NCBI RefSeq assembly: GCF_006345805.1
Contig: NW_021836291.1
Coordinates: forward strand, 310,001-374,000
Reading direction: 5' to 3'
Origin: Octopus sinensis
Taxonomy: Eukaryota
DNA length: 64,000 bases
The position numbers were made by a program, and so were the translations under genes. Each line of letters opens with the position of its first letter. The stretch's first letter is position 1. The notes beneath the pieces were generated by a model. It was not told the DNA's origin. It was given only the letters and a program-made list of their open reading frames with translations, and searched no databases. Shown piece after piece: positions 12,030 through 23,989 of this stretch.

Positions 12030-12769
12030 CAGAATGAATTTGTTGATTATGGATATAATGAAAATTATGAGCTAATTGAATATTTGAAAACAAGCATTCA
12101 AATAAAGTTCAATCATTTTATTGAATAATCTAAAACTTACAGTTATGTTTGTTGTAGGTTGGTATGTTTGGCTCTTCTATAACTGAACACCTGAACTGCA
12201 GTGCCGAAACTAGTACAGAACCTGTAAAAAGTACGGTCATGGAGGATATCCAGACTTGTTCTGTTGATGAAAGTTCAAGTCTCCTCTACCTGGGAACGAA
12301 CTCAAAATTCAATGCGTTGAAAGCAATTATCTCCTCTATTGATGTTGAAGATAGAATAAGGTTCACATCTCCGAAATGAACTGATAAACCTGTTAGAAAG
12401 ATATAAATGATTTCTCCTCGAATTATGCTTTTCGATTATAGACAGACTCAACTGAGAGTCACAACATAGACCAACCACAGGACCACTCTTCATCAAAATA
12501 GTCCCGTTGATATGCGTTATGACAGTCCCAACTTTAAGACCAGCATCAACAGCCGGTCCACTTACAGACTACTCATATTAGTCAACATCAATCACGTGCT
12601 TAAGATATTCAGACGAGCGTTTAGGGAGAGCCAAAACACGAAAGCGAAATCCCCACAATCCACGGTGAATGACCACATTCCTACGCAGTCTGGAAACGTT
12701 TTTCGTCTTTGAGGTGTTGGAGGCAGTGCTTTTAATCAGGCAGCAGATGTATTTTAAACCACTAATTAA

Positions 12770-13500
12770 CTAAGTAATTTTTCAAACTAAGTCCAGAACC
12801 TTTGGAGTGAGCAGAGGGTGGCACTCCACGCACCTCCTCCCCTTCTTTCTCCTCTTCTCTGGCACTGTAAGCAGCCCAAGCAGGACTAGCGTAGTTAAGG
12901 GAGGTCCTGACATATTGTTTATAGATTATTCTTAGCGTTTCTTTGTCTTGACCGAAGAGGATCCGGCCACTGGGCATTCCTCTTTTTGTTTACTTTTTTG
13001 ATTATGTGGTCAACATGAGAGGAGAAGGTAAGACATTGGTCGTAGATCACTCTCAGGATTTTCGGAGTTTTGAGATGGGGAGGCGTTCTCCAAAGATTTT
13101 CAACTTTGGATACTGGTCTAGCTGGCGACGGTCACTGGTGAACAACGTAACACTGGACTTGGAGGGGAGGGTGAGAGGTGGTTGGTTACAAACCAAGACT
13201 CCAGTAAATCCAGATGAGTTTGTAGGCGTTTGGAAGCAGTTGAAATGTTCTTGTCCCGAGCCGCCGAAATCAAATCATCAGCATAAGACAGGATCAAAGT
13301 GTCTTCCAGCTCAGGTAAACTGCTCAGGTGGAGGTTAAACAAGGCCGGGGAGAGGGCCGATCTTTGCGGGACTCCATTCGATAAGTATCGCGCGTGCGAC
13401 GTCCCTAACATGAACAAAGTGCGAGCCAGTCTGCCGGATATGAACGACTTGAGTCATTTTTAAATCATGGTCGGAAGGGGTGAATAACATGCATCCGGTA
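12770..13500 (-). mobile_element. I/Jockey-like LINE fragment (APE end, RT core and thumb, internally deleted)
   Basis: SPPSDHDL, GVPQRSALSPALFNLHL..ILSYADDL, KETLRIIYKQYVRTSLNYASPAW. The terminal about 90 bp (12785-12870) recur at 42485-42570. Confidence 0.85.
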
Positions 13501-14205
13501 ATTGTTCAGAAAGCACCTTTTTTTAAAATTCGTCGTGTTTTATTTTCAGTCACGGAGAAGATAAAAGGATGGGATTATTTTTGGTGATGCCGCATCGACT
13601 TTTTCCATTAGAATGTCATTTCATATGATTGGTGCACGTTTGTTTGGTTTGGATTGCATTTTTCCAGGGACGATTATTGGAAGCACAATACATTGTGTGG
13701 AGTGTTTCCTGGTCTGCATTTCCTCTAAATTTGGGTTCTCAATTGGTTATAATAAAGTTGAGGTTTGTGAGAAGTTGATGGAAATTGGGTACGTTCTGAT
13801 TCTGTTTGATTTAATTGAAAATATTTTTTGCTGTTTTTTCACATATTCTCGATTTTATGCTGTAAAGTATACTTTGCTAAAACCAACTAGAACCATTCTT
13901 AAAAGGATTTCCTAAAAACTCACGACCAAGTTCTACGTAGCTAATTTTTCTTCAGTGAATTTGGCTGACGATTATATTTTTATCAATATTTAGCAATTTA
14001 ACGATTCTTGATTATATCGTTCCCTTTGAACATTATTTTGAGAAATATCCAAATCTAATGACAGCTTTTCCCTTTTTAAAAGTGAATTTTATTGTGGGAG
14101 AGTTGGCCAATTGTTATTTTAAAGCTAACTAATCTAGAAAACAGAAAATGAGTATTTAAAACAAAATGGATTCTAGTTAATTAGTAATGTGATTAGATGT
14201 TAGAA

Positions 14206-14529
14206 TTAGTCCAGTTTGAAAGGGTAGACGTTCCTTTCACGTTGGCCATCCCAAATCTCAGTCTACCAATAATATAGAGGGTTAATAACAAATATATTGG
14301 GGCATATAGTTCGGTATATATTATAAAAGTATTCGCACTTTTCCTTGTCACTTTCGCTAGCGTTGTTCAAACAACGATAGTACATGTTATAATTATGAGA
14401 ACAACGCCTATCAGTCAATTTTATTAATTTATACAGTGTTTGGTTCGAGTTTGGAAAGCGAGGATCACGTTCTAAGTTATTGGAAGGAAAGAGCATTCCT
14501 TTACCATCCTGGTCTATATATTCCTCCAT
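14206..14529 (-). CDS. COX6B: Cytochrome c oxidase subunit 6B
   Basis: Removing two 27-nt GT-AG introns (14408-14434, 14263-14289) gives DPRFPNSNQTLRCSHNYNMYYRC..CEYFYNIYRTICPNIFTEIWDGQRERNVYPFKLD*, with the COX6B DPRFPN motif, twin CX9C/CX10C and the WD.QR tail. Confidence 0.93.
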
Positions 14530-14808
14530 TATTCCTGAATATCACAAAAACAACCTTTACCGTACAACAAAAATAGAATATGTGAATTAATATTATTTTA
14601 TTTATCATATAAATTAAAAAAAATAATTTAATATATCAGTTAATAATTCGAATTTTTAATAGTAATCCTTATTATATTTTTAATCATACATTATTGTGTC
14701 GTTTTATTATCATTCTTTCAAAAAATATATATTTATAAAATTAAATAACAAATATTTTTAATATTTTTATTATTTAATTAATCCAACGTGGTCCACTTTG
14801 TACCCACG
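14530..14808. promoter_or_regulatory. Putative bidirectional promoter between COX6B and AGK
   Basis: 279-bp extremely AT-rich spacer between head-to-head start codons. Function is inferred from geometry only. Confidence 0.45.
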
Positions 14809-16288
14809 ATGATGAGAATTGCAACGACTTTTCGCGTCCATTGGAAAAAATCAATATTCTTCAGCATTCTGGGCTGTTATTGTTGGTCATTGGCATCAAA
14901 CAAGCTCAAGTATTAATTATAAATATATTTCAGAGAACATCAACTAATAAAAATATATTGCAAGAGAGCTTGTGTATATTCCTTACAAATCACCCTTAGA
15001 CATACGGAGATGGCAATATTCCTTCAGAAGGTTTAAAGAAAGTCCTCGTTGTCCTTAATCCAGCAGCTCATCTTGGGTAGAATTTTATTTTATATTTTAG
15101 AGGGGCTAATAAACTATATGATAAATTTATATCACCAATCCTGGGCCTTTCTGGTCTTCTGGTCGACGTTGTGAGGACTGAAGGGGAGGGATATGCCAAA
15201 GACTACATGAGAGAACTTGATCTTGGAAAATTGGATTTCTTACTGGTGGTTGGAGGGGATGGGACTCTCCAAGAAGTAATTCCTCCTACCATCTCATTAG
15301 GTCATTACTGGGCTTATGAGAAGACCTGATCGAGTTTTTTTATCAAATTTTAAAATATAGACTACAGTTAGAGGACTTCCCATCGTAGTGGTTCCTGTGG
15401 GGATTAGAAACACTGTTTTTAACTATCTTCACTCCTCCCAGCCTCAAAAGAACCTGACAGAGTGGACTTTATATTTCTAATCATAGGACACTCTGCAGTG
15501 CTGTTATGACAATTTTTGAGGGGACTAATAAATTGACGAATGTCATCAAACTTGAGGTTATTTTTTCCAATATTTTAAGGGAAGTGATGGGGAACCAGTC
15601 TATGCTATCAAGTCAGTGTCAGTCGGTCTATTTGAAAGTCTTCTCTTAAAGCTGAATCCGTTTTTTTGTTAGTTTGAGGCAGTTAGAAATTCAATGTTTT
15701 TTGATGTTAAAAAAATGTGGACGATTTTGAAATTTGTTGTTTTGGGGAAACATCGGTCACCCTCGGCGAATTATTCACTTTCTTTGGAATATTCTAATCC
15801 CTGTGAAGGCTGTTCAATCTGTCAACCTGTTTCTGAGGTTCCTTCGACGTGGTGGAATGCTTTTTCTAAACAAAAAAGCATGTGGTTTGTTTTGACTATT
15901 TTAGTGCCATTTCGAGACAGTTGTAGACAGTTTGTTAACCAGCTTGGCTTGGAGTGTAGCAGACTTGATATTCAAGTCGAAAATGACAGGCTTGGTTTGA
16001 CTTTTAGTCCTAAATTGCCAACGTGGAGGGAGGTTGTTGATCGGGGGTTTTATTTTGTTTGGTTTATTGATAGGATGGGGAGAAATGGTGTGTCGGAGGG
16101 TATTTTGACGAATTCTCTGGATCTGTGTGTTGATGGAATTGTTTGATTGATTAAGATAATTGTCTTAGGACGAGGGTACTTCTTTTCAAATTGACGGGGA
16201 ATCGTTTCCAGCTCGTAATATAAGAATGACGCTTCTTAGAAATCAATTGACGTTTTTAACTAAAAATGACGAATCTTTTCATTTATAA
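14809..16288 (+). CDS. AGK: Acylglycerol kinase, mitochondrial (DAGK-cat family)
   Basis: At least 9 introns of 23-28 nt. Spliced product: MMRIATTFRVHWKKS..KKVLVVLNPAAHLG..VVGGDGTLQEVITGLMRR..EGSDGEPVYAI..SFQIDGESFPARNIRMTLLRNQLTF. Matches AGK (HWKK, LNPAA, GGDGTLQEV). One apparent 1-nt deletion in an A run near 15530. Confidence 0.88.
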
Positions 16289-16657
16289 ACATATCATTTG
16301 TCTCAGTCTTTCTTTGGTGTTTTTTGATGTGAATATTCTCCAATAACGCAACCCACATCGGTCAAAAAACTTGTTTTTAGACGGACCAAAAAAATTGCAT
16401 ATTCAATAATTTATAAAACTTTTTTGATTTTATCGTATCTCACAAAACCAAAATACCCTTTAACAGTTATTTTTAAATTTTAAATACAGTGACTCGCAAA
16501 TTGGCCACAATTTTTTAGATTTATTATTAATAATCTTCTGCTTAATAAAGACTATTTTGCGGGATTCGAAAATCAATTAAAAATTTTTAAAGCTACCCAC
16601 AAACCAAAATTTCCTACGTTGAAGAAAAATTGGTAGAATGTATGGATACAATAGAGT

Positions 16658-17145
16658 TAGTTAGTTAATGCACGTTCGCATTGCCAGTAAACAAAGTTAA
16701 TGGTTTCGCTTGTTCCATGTTTTTAACAATTCTTGTCGTTAGCCCCTTCCATCCCTTCCGTCGTCTTGCCCTCTTTCCGATTTCGTTCAGATCGTCTGCA
16801 TCCATCAATCGGCCTCCAATCATAGCATATTCCTTTGTAAGTATTTTCGGAAGACAGTCTCTTGGACCTGTCCTCATGTACAACGCAGGTACTTGGGGAA
16901 CATCAAAGAAAAACATGGAGCAACTTGACTCTTTCCACAAGGGTCAACTGAGAAAACTCCTCGGCTATTCATGGCCAAAGAAAATATCAAATGATAAATT
17001 ATACAGATTAGCTAACTGTGGGCCTATAAGTCTAAATGTACTTGAAACCCGCTGGCGCCTGTTTGGACATATTTTTTCGAATGAAGAAAGAAACACCTTG
17101 CAATATGGCCATGGAAGAATTTTTCGGCCATACTGAATACTCTAA
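16658..17145 (-). mobile_element. 5'-truncated, 5'-inverted RTE-clade LINE insertion with 12-bp TSD and (TAAC)n tail
   Basis: TSD atacaatagagt at 16646-16657 and 17146-17157. The minus strand from about 16870 encodes GPRDCLPKIL..DADDLNEIGKRARRRKGWKGL. The plus strand from about 16870 encodes the immediately upstream part, LMYNAGTW..LDSFH..RWRLFGHI..NMAMEEFF. Confidence 0.85.
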
Positions 17146-17159
17146 ATACAATAGAGTCT

Positions 17160-17960
17160 AAAGCTATTAATTGAAAATTAATTTCTAAACGGTTTTTTGA
17201 ATGATTCCTTAATATCGTGTAAGGTTGCGCATTTTGCCAAAGAGTTTCAACTTAATAATTTTAAATATTCTAAAGGATTTCTGGCAAAATTCAAAAGAGC
17301 CATAATTTTAGAATGCGAAAATTACAGACCATTGTCTTGCACATTGTATCTCTCAAAACTTGTATTGTATTAAAATTTTATTTTTTCATAAAAATTTTAC
17401 TGGATTACTACATCCAATAAATATTAGAATTATAAAAACATTTAAGACTCATTTCATGAAAAGAAAGCTACAGTACTTAACTGATTTGCTCGAAACTGAA
17501 AATGTTTCTGTATACAATTCAAAAAAATGACATTAAAAGATCCAATTTTGTTTGTCAGTATGGGTTGGGGTGACTTATCTACTGAAACCATGCAAAATTA
17601 TTTTAAGATTTTAAATCAATCTAATCACGCAAATTTAATAATTAAACACTATGATGCTGAAATTGAAGGAACTGATATTTTCAATCATTTAATGAATAAA
17701 GACTTTTTCGCTATCGAGTACAGAGAAGTTCAAAATATACACGAAATTTGTTTACAAGAGGATCAAGAGCCAGAAAGCAACGACGAAGATACAAAAATCA
17801 CATATCCACTTGATAGAAAAGACATTGCAAGAAGATCAACCGAAATAGAAAGGGAACTTTATTGTAATGCATAAAATGAAAATAATGTTGCTCTCATTAC
17901 TGCAATAAGAAAATATAAAGAAAACATAAAACGGGCAAATAAAAAAGAATGAGGGATTAA
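17160..17960 (+). mobile_element. pogo/Tigger-like transposase remnant
   Basis: FAKEFQLNNFKYSKGFLAKFKRAHNF (CENP-B HTH, FKAS.GWL..FK type) and TLKDPILFVSMGWGDLSTETMQNYF (Tigger C-terminal W....TI.N.F); the DDE core is deleted. Confidence 0.6.
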
Positions 17961-18099
17961 ATCCAATTTTAATTAAATTTTTGTTTTTACTATCGATAAT
18001 TAAAAATTCAGATATTAATTAAACTTCTCGAAAATCTCACTACTTCATCATGCCTTCATAATCCTCATGTAACATCCTCTCACATCTAGTGGCACAGTG

Positions 18100-19100
18100 A
18101 TCGACGGTCTTCTTTTATCTCATGTAGTGAGAACACATTGAGTTATGTTCTGCAAAGAATTAATTTCTATTTTGCACGAGACAGAATAAGCCTTCAAACC
18201 GTTGGGAGTTATTGCTTTTGGCCAGCCAGTGACTAAAGTTTTTGCATTTGCAAAATTCTCAGTAGCACTTTTGTATAGGAAGGAATGAAGACATTTTGAA
18301 AAAATCTGGTCCAGTAGGTACTTGTTCTGTCCACCGACCACCAGTTTTTTGTCAAGTATTCTTCAATAGTGGCCAGATGAGTTTTTTCCAGCATTTCTGC
18401 CTGAAGAATCAAAAAGCTTCTTTTGCAGACACCACTTCGGTTTTTTAAGTCCGTAAGGAATCCAAAAAGCATGCGTACATTTAGTAAAAAAATTGAGTTA
18501 AATCCTCTACCAAAATTGTTGCAGGGAAGGTATAATCTCTATATGTTTGCCGGTTGGAAGTGTATCTTGTATTCTATTATCGTATAGTCTACCATTTCAT
18601 ATTCAAATGGCTAATATCGACTAATCCAATGTAATAGTTGTACAGTGAGAGAGAGTGTTCATTAATTGCTTTGAACAGGTTTACTCCATTCAGTTTTGTA
18701 TTTGAAATTTTTCAATTCGCGTTATTAGTTTTCCAAGAATTATTTTCAGCATGTCAGGTTTTTGAATTTTTCTAGCTGAACTCTCAAGTACTCCGAAATA
18801 TATCTATCAAGTTCGTCGAAAACTTTTGCCTCCGCTGATAACAATGGGGAATTCGTGGTTAACTTTTCTAGATTTTTCTCCAGCCCAGTTGCACGGAAAC
18901 AACGATTGACCTCTTCCATCATTCGAACAATTACATCCTCACTTTTTGAGACAAGTCATCAATGCAGAGAAGGTAATTTGTCGAAAACAACGTGTCCTTC
19001 GGGAATTTAAGAGACCTTCGGGAATTTATGAGATAATAAACAGCTCAAAGGGTCTAATACAAGGACAAATAGCATGGGGGACAAACTATCGCCCTACATT
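18100..19100 (-). mobile_element. R4/NeSL-like RLE LINE, RT fragment
   Basis: GDSLSPMLFVLVLDPLS..GLEKNLEK..TNS..KIHFQPAN..RLYLP..GRG..KTHLATIEEYL; multiple stops and frameshifts. Confidence 0.8.
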
Positions 19101-19649
19101 GATTTTTTGCTTTTGTTTCAGATTACATATCTCTGCGAACAAGGATTTTTATCGTTGTTTAGTTTAAAATCAGTTCATCGATCGAGACTGAATGTTGTTC
19201 ATAGTATTCGGGTGTGTCTTTCGCCAAATAATCCAGAAATTGATACAAGAAACTCCAGCGGCCGTCCATGATGCTACGGCTGATTGCCCCGAGTTGCTGA
19301 GCCTGTAGAGTGATGAGTTGTCGATTTTCTGAGGTCAGAACTTTCATTGTTTCCGTAATTTATGTTAAGAATGCTATCGTCAATAAGCCGATCTTTTATT
19401 CGTAATTCCAGCTCTAGGATTTCTTCCTGACTAGCTAAATCAATAATGTTTATGTTCATTTAGTAATTCTCAGAATTCCTTGATTTATAGAATTCAAATT
19501 TTCATTTAGAGCAAAAGCATTTTTAACTCTACTTAATTATTCAGATAATTTTTAATAGCTCAACGATTGGTTTCCTTTTTGAATAGCAAGGAAAATATTC
19601 TTTAAACCCTAGTATGTTTTACATTTTTGTTTTTTTGCAGTATTCGAAT

Positions 19650-21890
19650 TTTTCTTTTAAATTCAGAGATTTGGAGGGATTGCTAATTATCAGCGACATA
19701 GTTTTTTCATACATAAAGAGATGTCCCGTGCCGATATGTCGATATGTGCTTCACTATGCCTTCAGGATCCCCCCTGTTCTGAACAACACGAGCACAAGAG
19801 TATCGAGTTAATGATACTCTTGTAGGTTAAGGAAATATTTAGTAGGCATATCTCTGCGAATCGTGTTGTTCCCCTTGCGGACCGCAGAGTGACCCGAAAG
19901 ATACCTCGGTGGCAACTCAGGAGCGACGTGATGAGCTGCATCAATCGTGGCATATCTTACGCGATTGTGCGTAAGGTTCCGGAGACAATGGACGAAATTT
20001 CTCTCTATTTGTACTCGACACAAACACCTATGACGAAATCACCGAGGCCAAGCCCACAGAGTTGGTGAGAGGAGAATATTGCCCCGAAGATTGTTGCAAG
20101 AAAGGCCGAGATGGAAGTGCTGACTGGGCACATTTATAATGTGAGCAATGAGGTCAAGGGCAAGACTCCCCCTTTAGTGCGTACTGTACTTTTTCGGGAA
20201 CGACCTCAACGAGTTGAGTCGTGTCCGGGCAGAGAGTGAGCAGCTGATTCTTGTTTATCAGCAGTTCTTAATTCATGAGTATCGGTGTCAGCACAGGCGA
20301 GAGAATAACCTTTTAAGTTTAATCGCAGGCTATTAAATTGGTGGCTGCACGGAGAGATCCAGCAAAATGCCGAAATGCTTGAAACATGTGAGAGTATGTG
20401 AAAAGCACGTCCTTCCAAGGGTGTGTCGTTTCCGGTTTGTGGATAAGATGCTCCCTTGATGACCGAAATTTGTGGTGTCTCTGACATCCGATGAGGAAGT
20501 AACCCGTCTCTCTGACTGAAAAACACCTGGGGTCGATAAGTTGTATAATTTCTTTATAAAAAATTGCAAACCAATCCATAATTGCATGTGTCGAGCAATC
20601 GAACAGTTTACACTCGATCCTGGCTCGATTCCAGACTGGGGTCACTTATTTGATTCCTAAAGTAGATTATCGTCCGATAACCTGTATGCCCAACCTATAC
20701 AAGTTGATGACTAAGGTGGTGGCTACTGAGGTCAAAAATTTCGTGGAGGTGAATGGGATTCTGTCTGAGAACCAGCTAGGTACTCGGCGGGATTGCTAGG
20801 GAGCTAAGGAGCAGGCACTGATCAACAAATATTTCGCAAGAGCCCACGGAAACTCACTAGTGTCGATGTGGGTGAATGTGAAAAAGGAATATGACTCGAT
20901 TGATCATGCCTACCTCGTTGAGTGTCTGCGAAGGCTCAAGTTGCTTTCTTGGTTTATCAAATTTGTTGCAACTGTGATGGACAAGTGGAATGTGATCTAC
21001 ACTACAACAAATACGATATAGGTGAGGTTAACCTAGAAACGGGCATATTAAAGCTGCTGTTTGTCCTCTGCCTAGAACCGTTGAGTAGTGTTTTCACTAC
21101 AAAATTCAGACAAATGTCGATCGAACATGATGGAGAGTGTTTTAGCATTAACCATCTCATGTTCATAAACGACATTAAACTGTCTTCAGAGATCCTCCAT
21201 TCGATGGGAAAAGCCTTGGAAGGTTTTATGAAGGCCGTAGGTCTGGAGCTCAACTACAACAAGTCGGCGACTAACACCCTTGTGTGATGATCTAGTCAAA
21301 GTCTTGAAAGAGCACCAAACATATAAGTATCTTGGCGTGGTTGAGAGCCCAGCCTTATTAATCACCCAAAACGAAAAAGTATGTAGTGGAGGGTGTGCGT
21401 ATTAGGACAGCAATATTATGTAAAACTTGCCTTAATGCACTAAACTTATTTCATGCCTTGAACGAATACGCGATCTCACTGCTAAACTACTACGTTGCCC
21501 TGATCGAATTCGAGTCGAGTTAGTACAATGAAATGAACCTTATTGTCCGAAGAGTACTTAGAGAGAATCACGTGGGTCAAGTGTATCCCAAAGGAAGGTT
21601 GCCATCCTTTCTGTTGAAAAGGCACGTAGTACAAACCTTGGGACCATAAAAGGCTATGTGTCGACTAAGTATGGTCTGGGTGCTATTTAAGTTAATGTAA
21701 AAAAGTTGATAAAACTTCAGAGGGAATCGCTAATAAAAAAGATCAACTTAATCGTTGGCAATTTACCCACAAAGTGCGAGGGTATACTGTACCATGATTA
21801 CACATGGAGGCATAACGAGGTGGTGAGGTCCCTCTATCTCCTGTTTTTTAATAAGTATGGCTTGAGGCTTGCTCGACAATCTAAAGTTCT
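19650..21890 (+). mobile_element. R4/NeSL-like RLE LINE, long degraded copy with an unrelated insertion at about 20190-20640
   Basis: VTYLIPK..YRPITCMPNLYKL..LSENQLG..GAKEQALIN..YDSIDH; NHLMFINDIKL; GLELNYNKSATN; YKYLG; LPTKCEGILYHDYTWRHNEVVR. Confidence 0.85.
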
Positions 21891-22380
21891 GCTTAATCAG
21901 ATCCTCTAGAGGAGTCGGTCCGGAATCTTTGTTATCAAAGGACCAACGTTCGGTTAATCTGTACATCCTTAGTTGGGCCTCTTCGATTCATCTTTTGTCG
22001 GTTCAAAATAGTACTTGTCCCCATGATGGAGATGGAAGATTCAAAGTATTCGCGATAAATGTTCCTCAAAACATGGTGAGGACCGTCCCTCCATAATCCG
22101 AATAAACTTCTCAGCACGTTTGTTTTCAGTTCGCATTTCTGAGGTGTGTTGTCTGCGTGTGGAGAGAAGCAGAGATGCATGTCGACAGTCACTCCTAGGA
22201 CCGTCTGACTTCTGTTAAACGGCATTACACAATGTTCAGGTTTGTCTTCTTTCCCAAACTTTAATTAGATGCGATAAGAGGCGTAGCGGAATTCGCAGCG
22301 TTCACAACGAGCCGGTTATCATCTAGCCAAACGTTGAGCCGATCCAAGTTAGCTTGAAGCCTTCCACGGATTCTTGATTG
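21890..22380 (-). mobile_element. I/Jockey-like RT C-terminal fragment
   Basis: GRLQANLDRLNVWLDDNRLVVN and VLGVTVDMHLCFSPHADN..LRNIYREY. Confidence 0.75.
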
Positions 22381-22387
22381 TTTAAAT

Positions 22388-23460
22388 CAGGGGTTCTCAA
22401 CCTTTTTTACTCGTCGACCCCTTGATTTTTTTTGACCCCCTTAATATTTAATCGACCCCCTTAAAAATTTTATATACAACAGACAATATAATTATTTGAA
22501 AAGTCCAGATAAAATTGATTTTTAGTTATTGCGTCTGCTTTCAGTCGATTCTCCTCCTCTTCGAGTCCGAGCAAATCTTCGACGGGTAGACTTATCCATT
22601 TTACAGGGCAGGCCACTTTTGTGATTGTTCTCGACTCCGATTTTTAAATTGCATGCTTCGCCGCTGTAGGAAGGAGTTTATACTCCAGGCGCATGCTTTC
22701 CAATATAACAGAGAATACTAACTAATTATCAAACAAAACTCAATGGAAAAACTCGATGCTAAGTTAGTATTTTACCATAAATCTATGATAAATAACAATT
22801 AAATACTAATGGGACCCCTGTGACTGATGTTTTTTGACCAAAGATTCGATATCCGGCGTTATTTGTGTTATTTTTAAACAAATATCTACTCTAATGGACA
22901 CATCCAATCTGTTTCGTTCTTTATTTATAATTCGATGTAGAATGCTAAATCCACATTCAACACAGTATGATGTCGGAAAATAAAGTAGCAATTGTGCTAT
23001 TTCGTTGGATAAGTCTTTTTCACTTTGATATTTTGCCAAAAAATAACTGACGTTTTTGAATTTTCATAGTATAGTTTTAATTCTGGATTGAATTTGAGAG
23101 TAATTAATTCCTCTTGAATATTTTCTTTTTCTTCTTCTGGCTTTGACAAAAAAGGATTAATCTTCCAAGATGGAATTTCTAATTCAAGAATATCTTGGAA
23201 TCGGAGAATCAAATCTTTTTTATACTTAATAAATGTTGCGAAAAGTTGTTAATATCTTCATCATCAAATGTTTGATAAATTGATTGGAATTCTGGAATGT
23301 TATAATAATTTCTTTTTTCCAAGTTGTATTTATATAACTTAGCTTCTAAAGCACTTAAAACTCTTTAAATTTCCAATGGCTAACAACTTTTTAAACCGTA
23401 CCTATCATATTTGAGTTGAGCAAAATTGTTATCTGTCGTATTGGTAAATTACTTAATTTT
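22388..23460 (-). mobile_element. hAT Buster-type transposon, 3' part
   Basis: TIR caggggttctcaacc at 22388 after gtttaaat. The minus strand encodes LLLYFPTSYCVECGFS..KERNRLDV..DIESLVKKHQSQGSH* (Buster/ZBED5-like C-terminus). The far end was not found. Confidence 0.8.
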
Positions 23461-23989
23461 TCAGTGAAAAAAATCAAGTTCTATTAAAAATATGGCGAAT
23501 TACACAATTGGACAACTTACAGAGTTTACTGTAACTGACGAACAATTGTCTCTCAGATCCTTCTCTTGAATTTGCCAAACTCTCAAATCCGCTGTAATTT
23601 CCCAGGTCCTAAATTTGCCGGATTCGAGAGGTTTTACTGTAATTATAGTCTGCCTAAATTTTTTAACTTCTTCGAATACTATAAAAATTTTTTGCTCGAG
23701 TTCTATTCATCCTCATAAAAAACGTAACCGCAGGCTCTTATTTGAACATTGACTTTATTTTCTTCAAATATCAGTTTACAAAGTTTACTGTAACTGACGA
23801 AAATTTGAACAATTTTTAAGCGATATATTCTATTCTCTGGACGGTCACATATTTAATTAATATAAAAAAATGATTTTTCAATCACTTTTGTATAAATTTA
23901 GCTTTTTATTTTGTGTTTTAAGCCTAGTTTCCATTCTCTGGGCGGTCATACAAAATATTTTTACTTGTTTAACATACTTTATCACATTC

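Noticed and set aside
12100-12720. Exon-like plus-strand ORFs (12164-12379, 12512-12712)
   Set aside because: No recognisable homology and no splice path that keeps a frame; may be a real orphan gene but not supportable.
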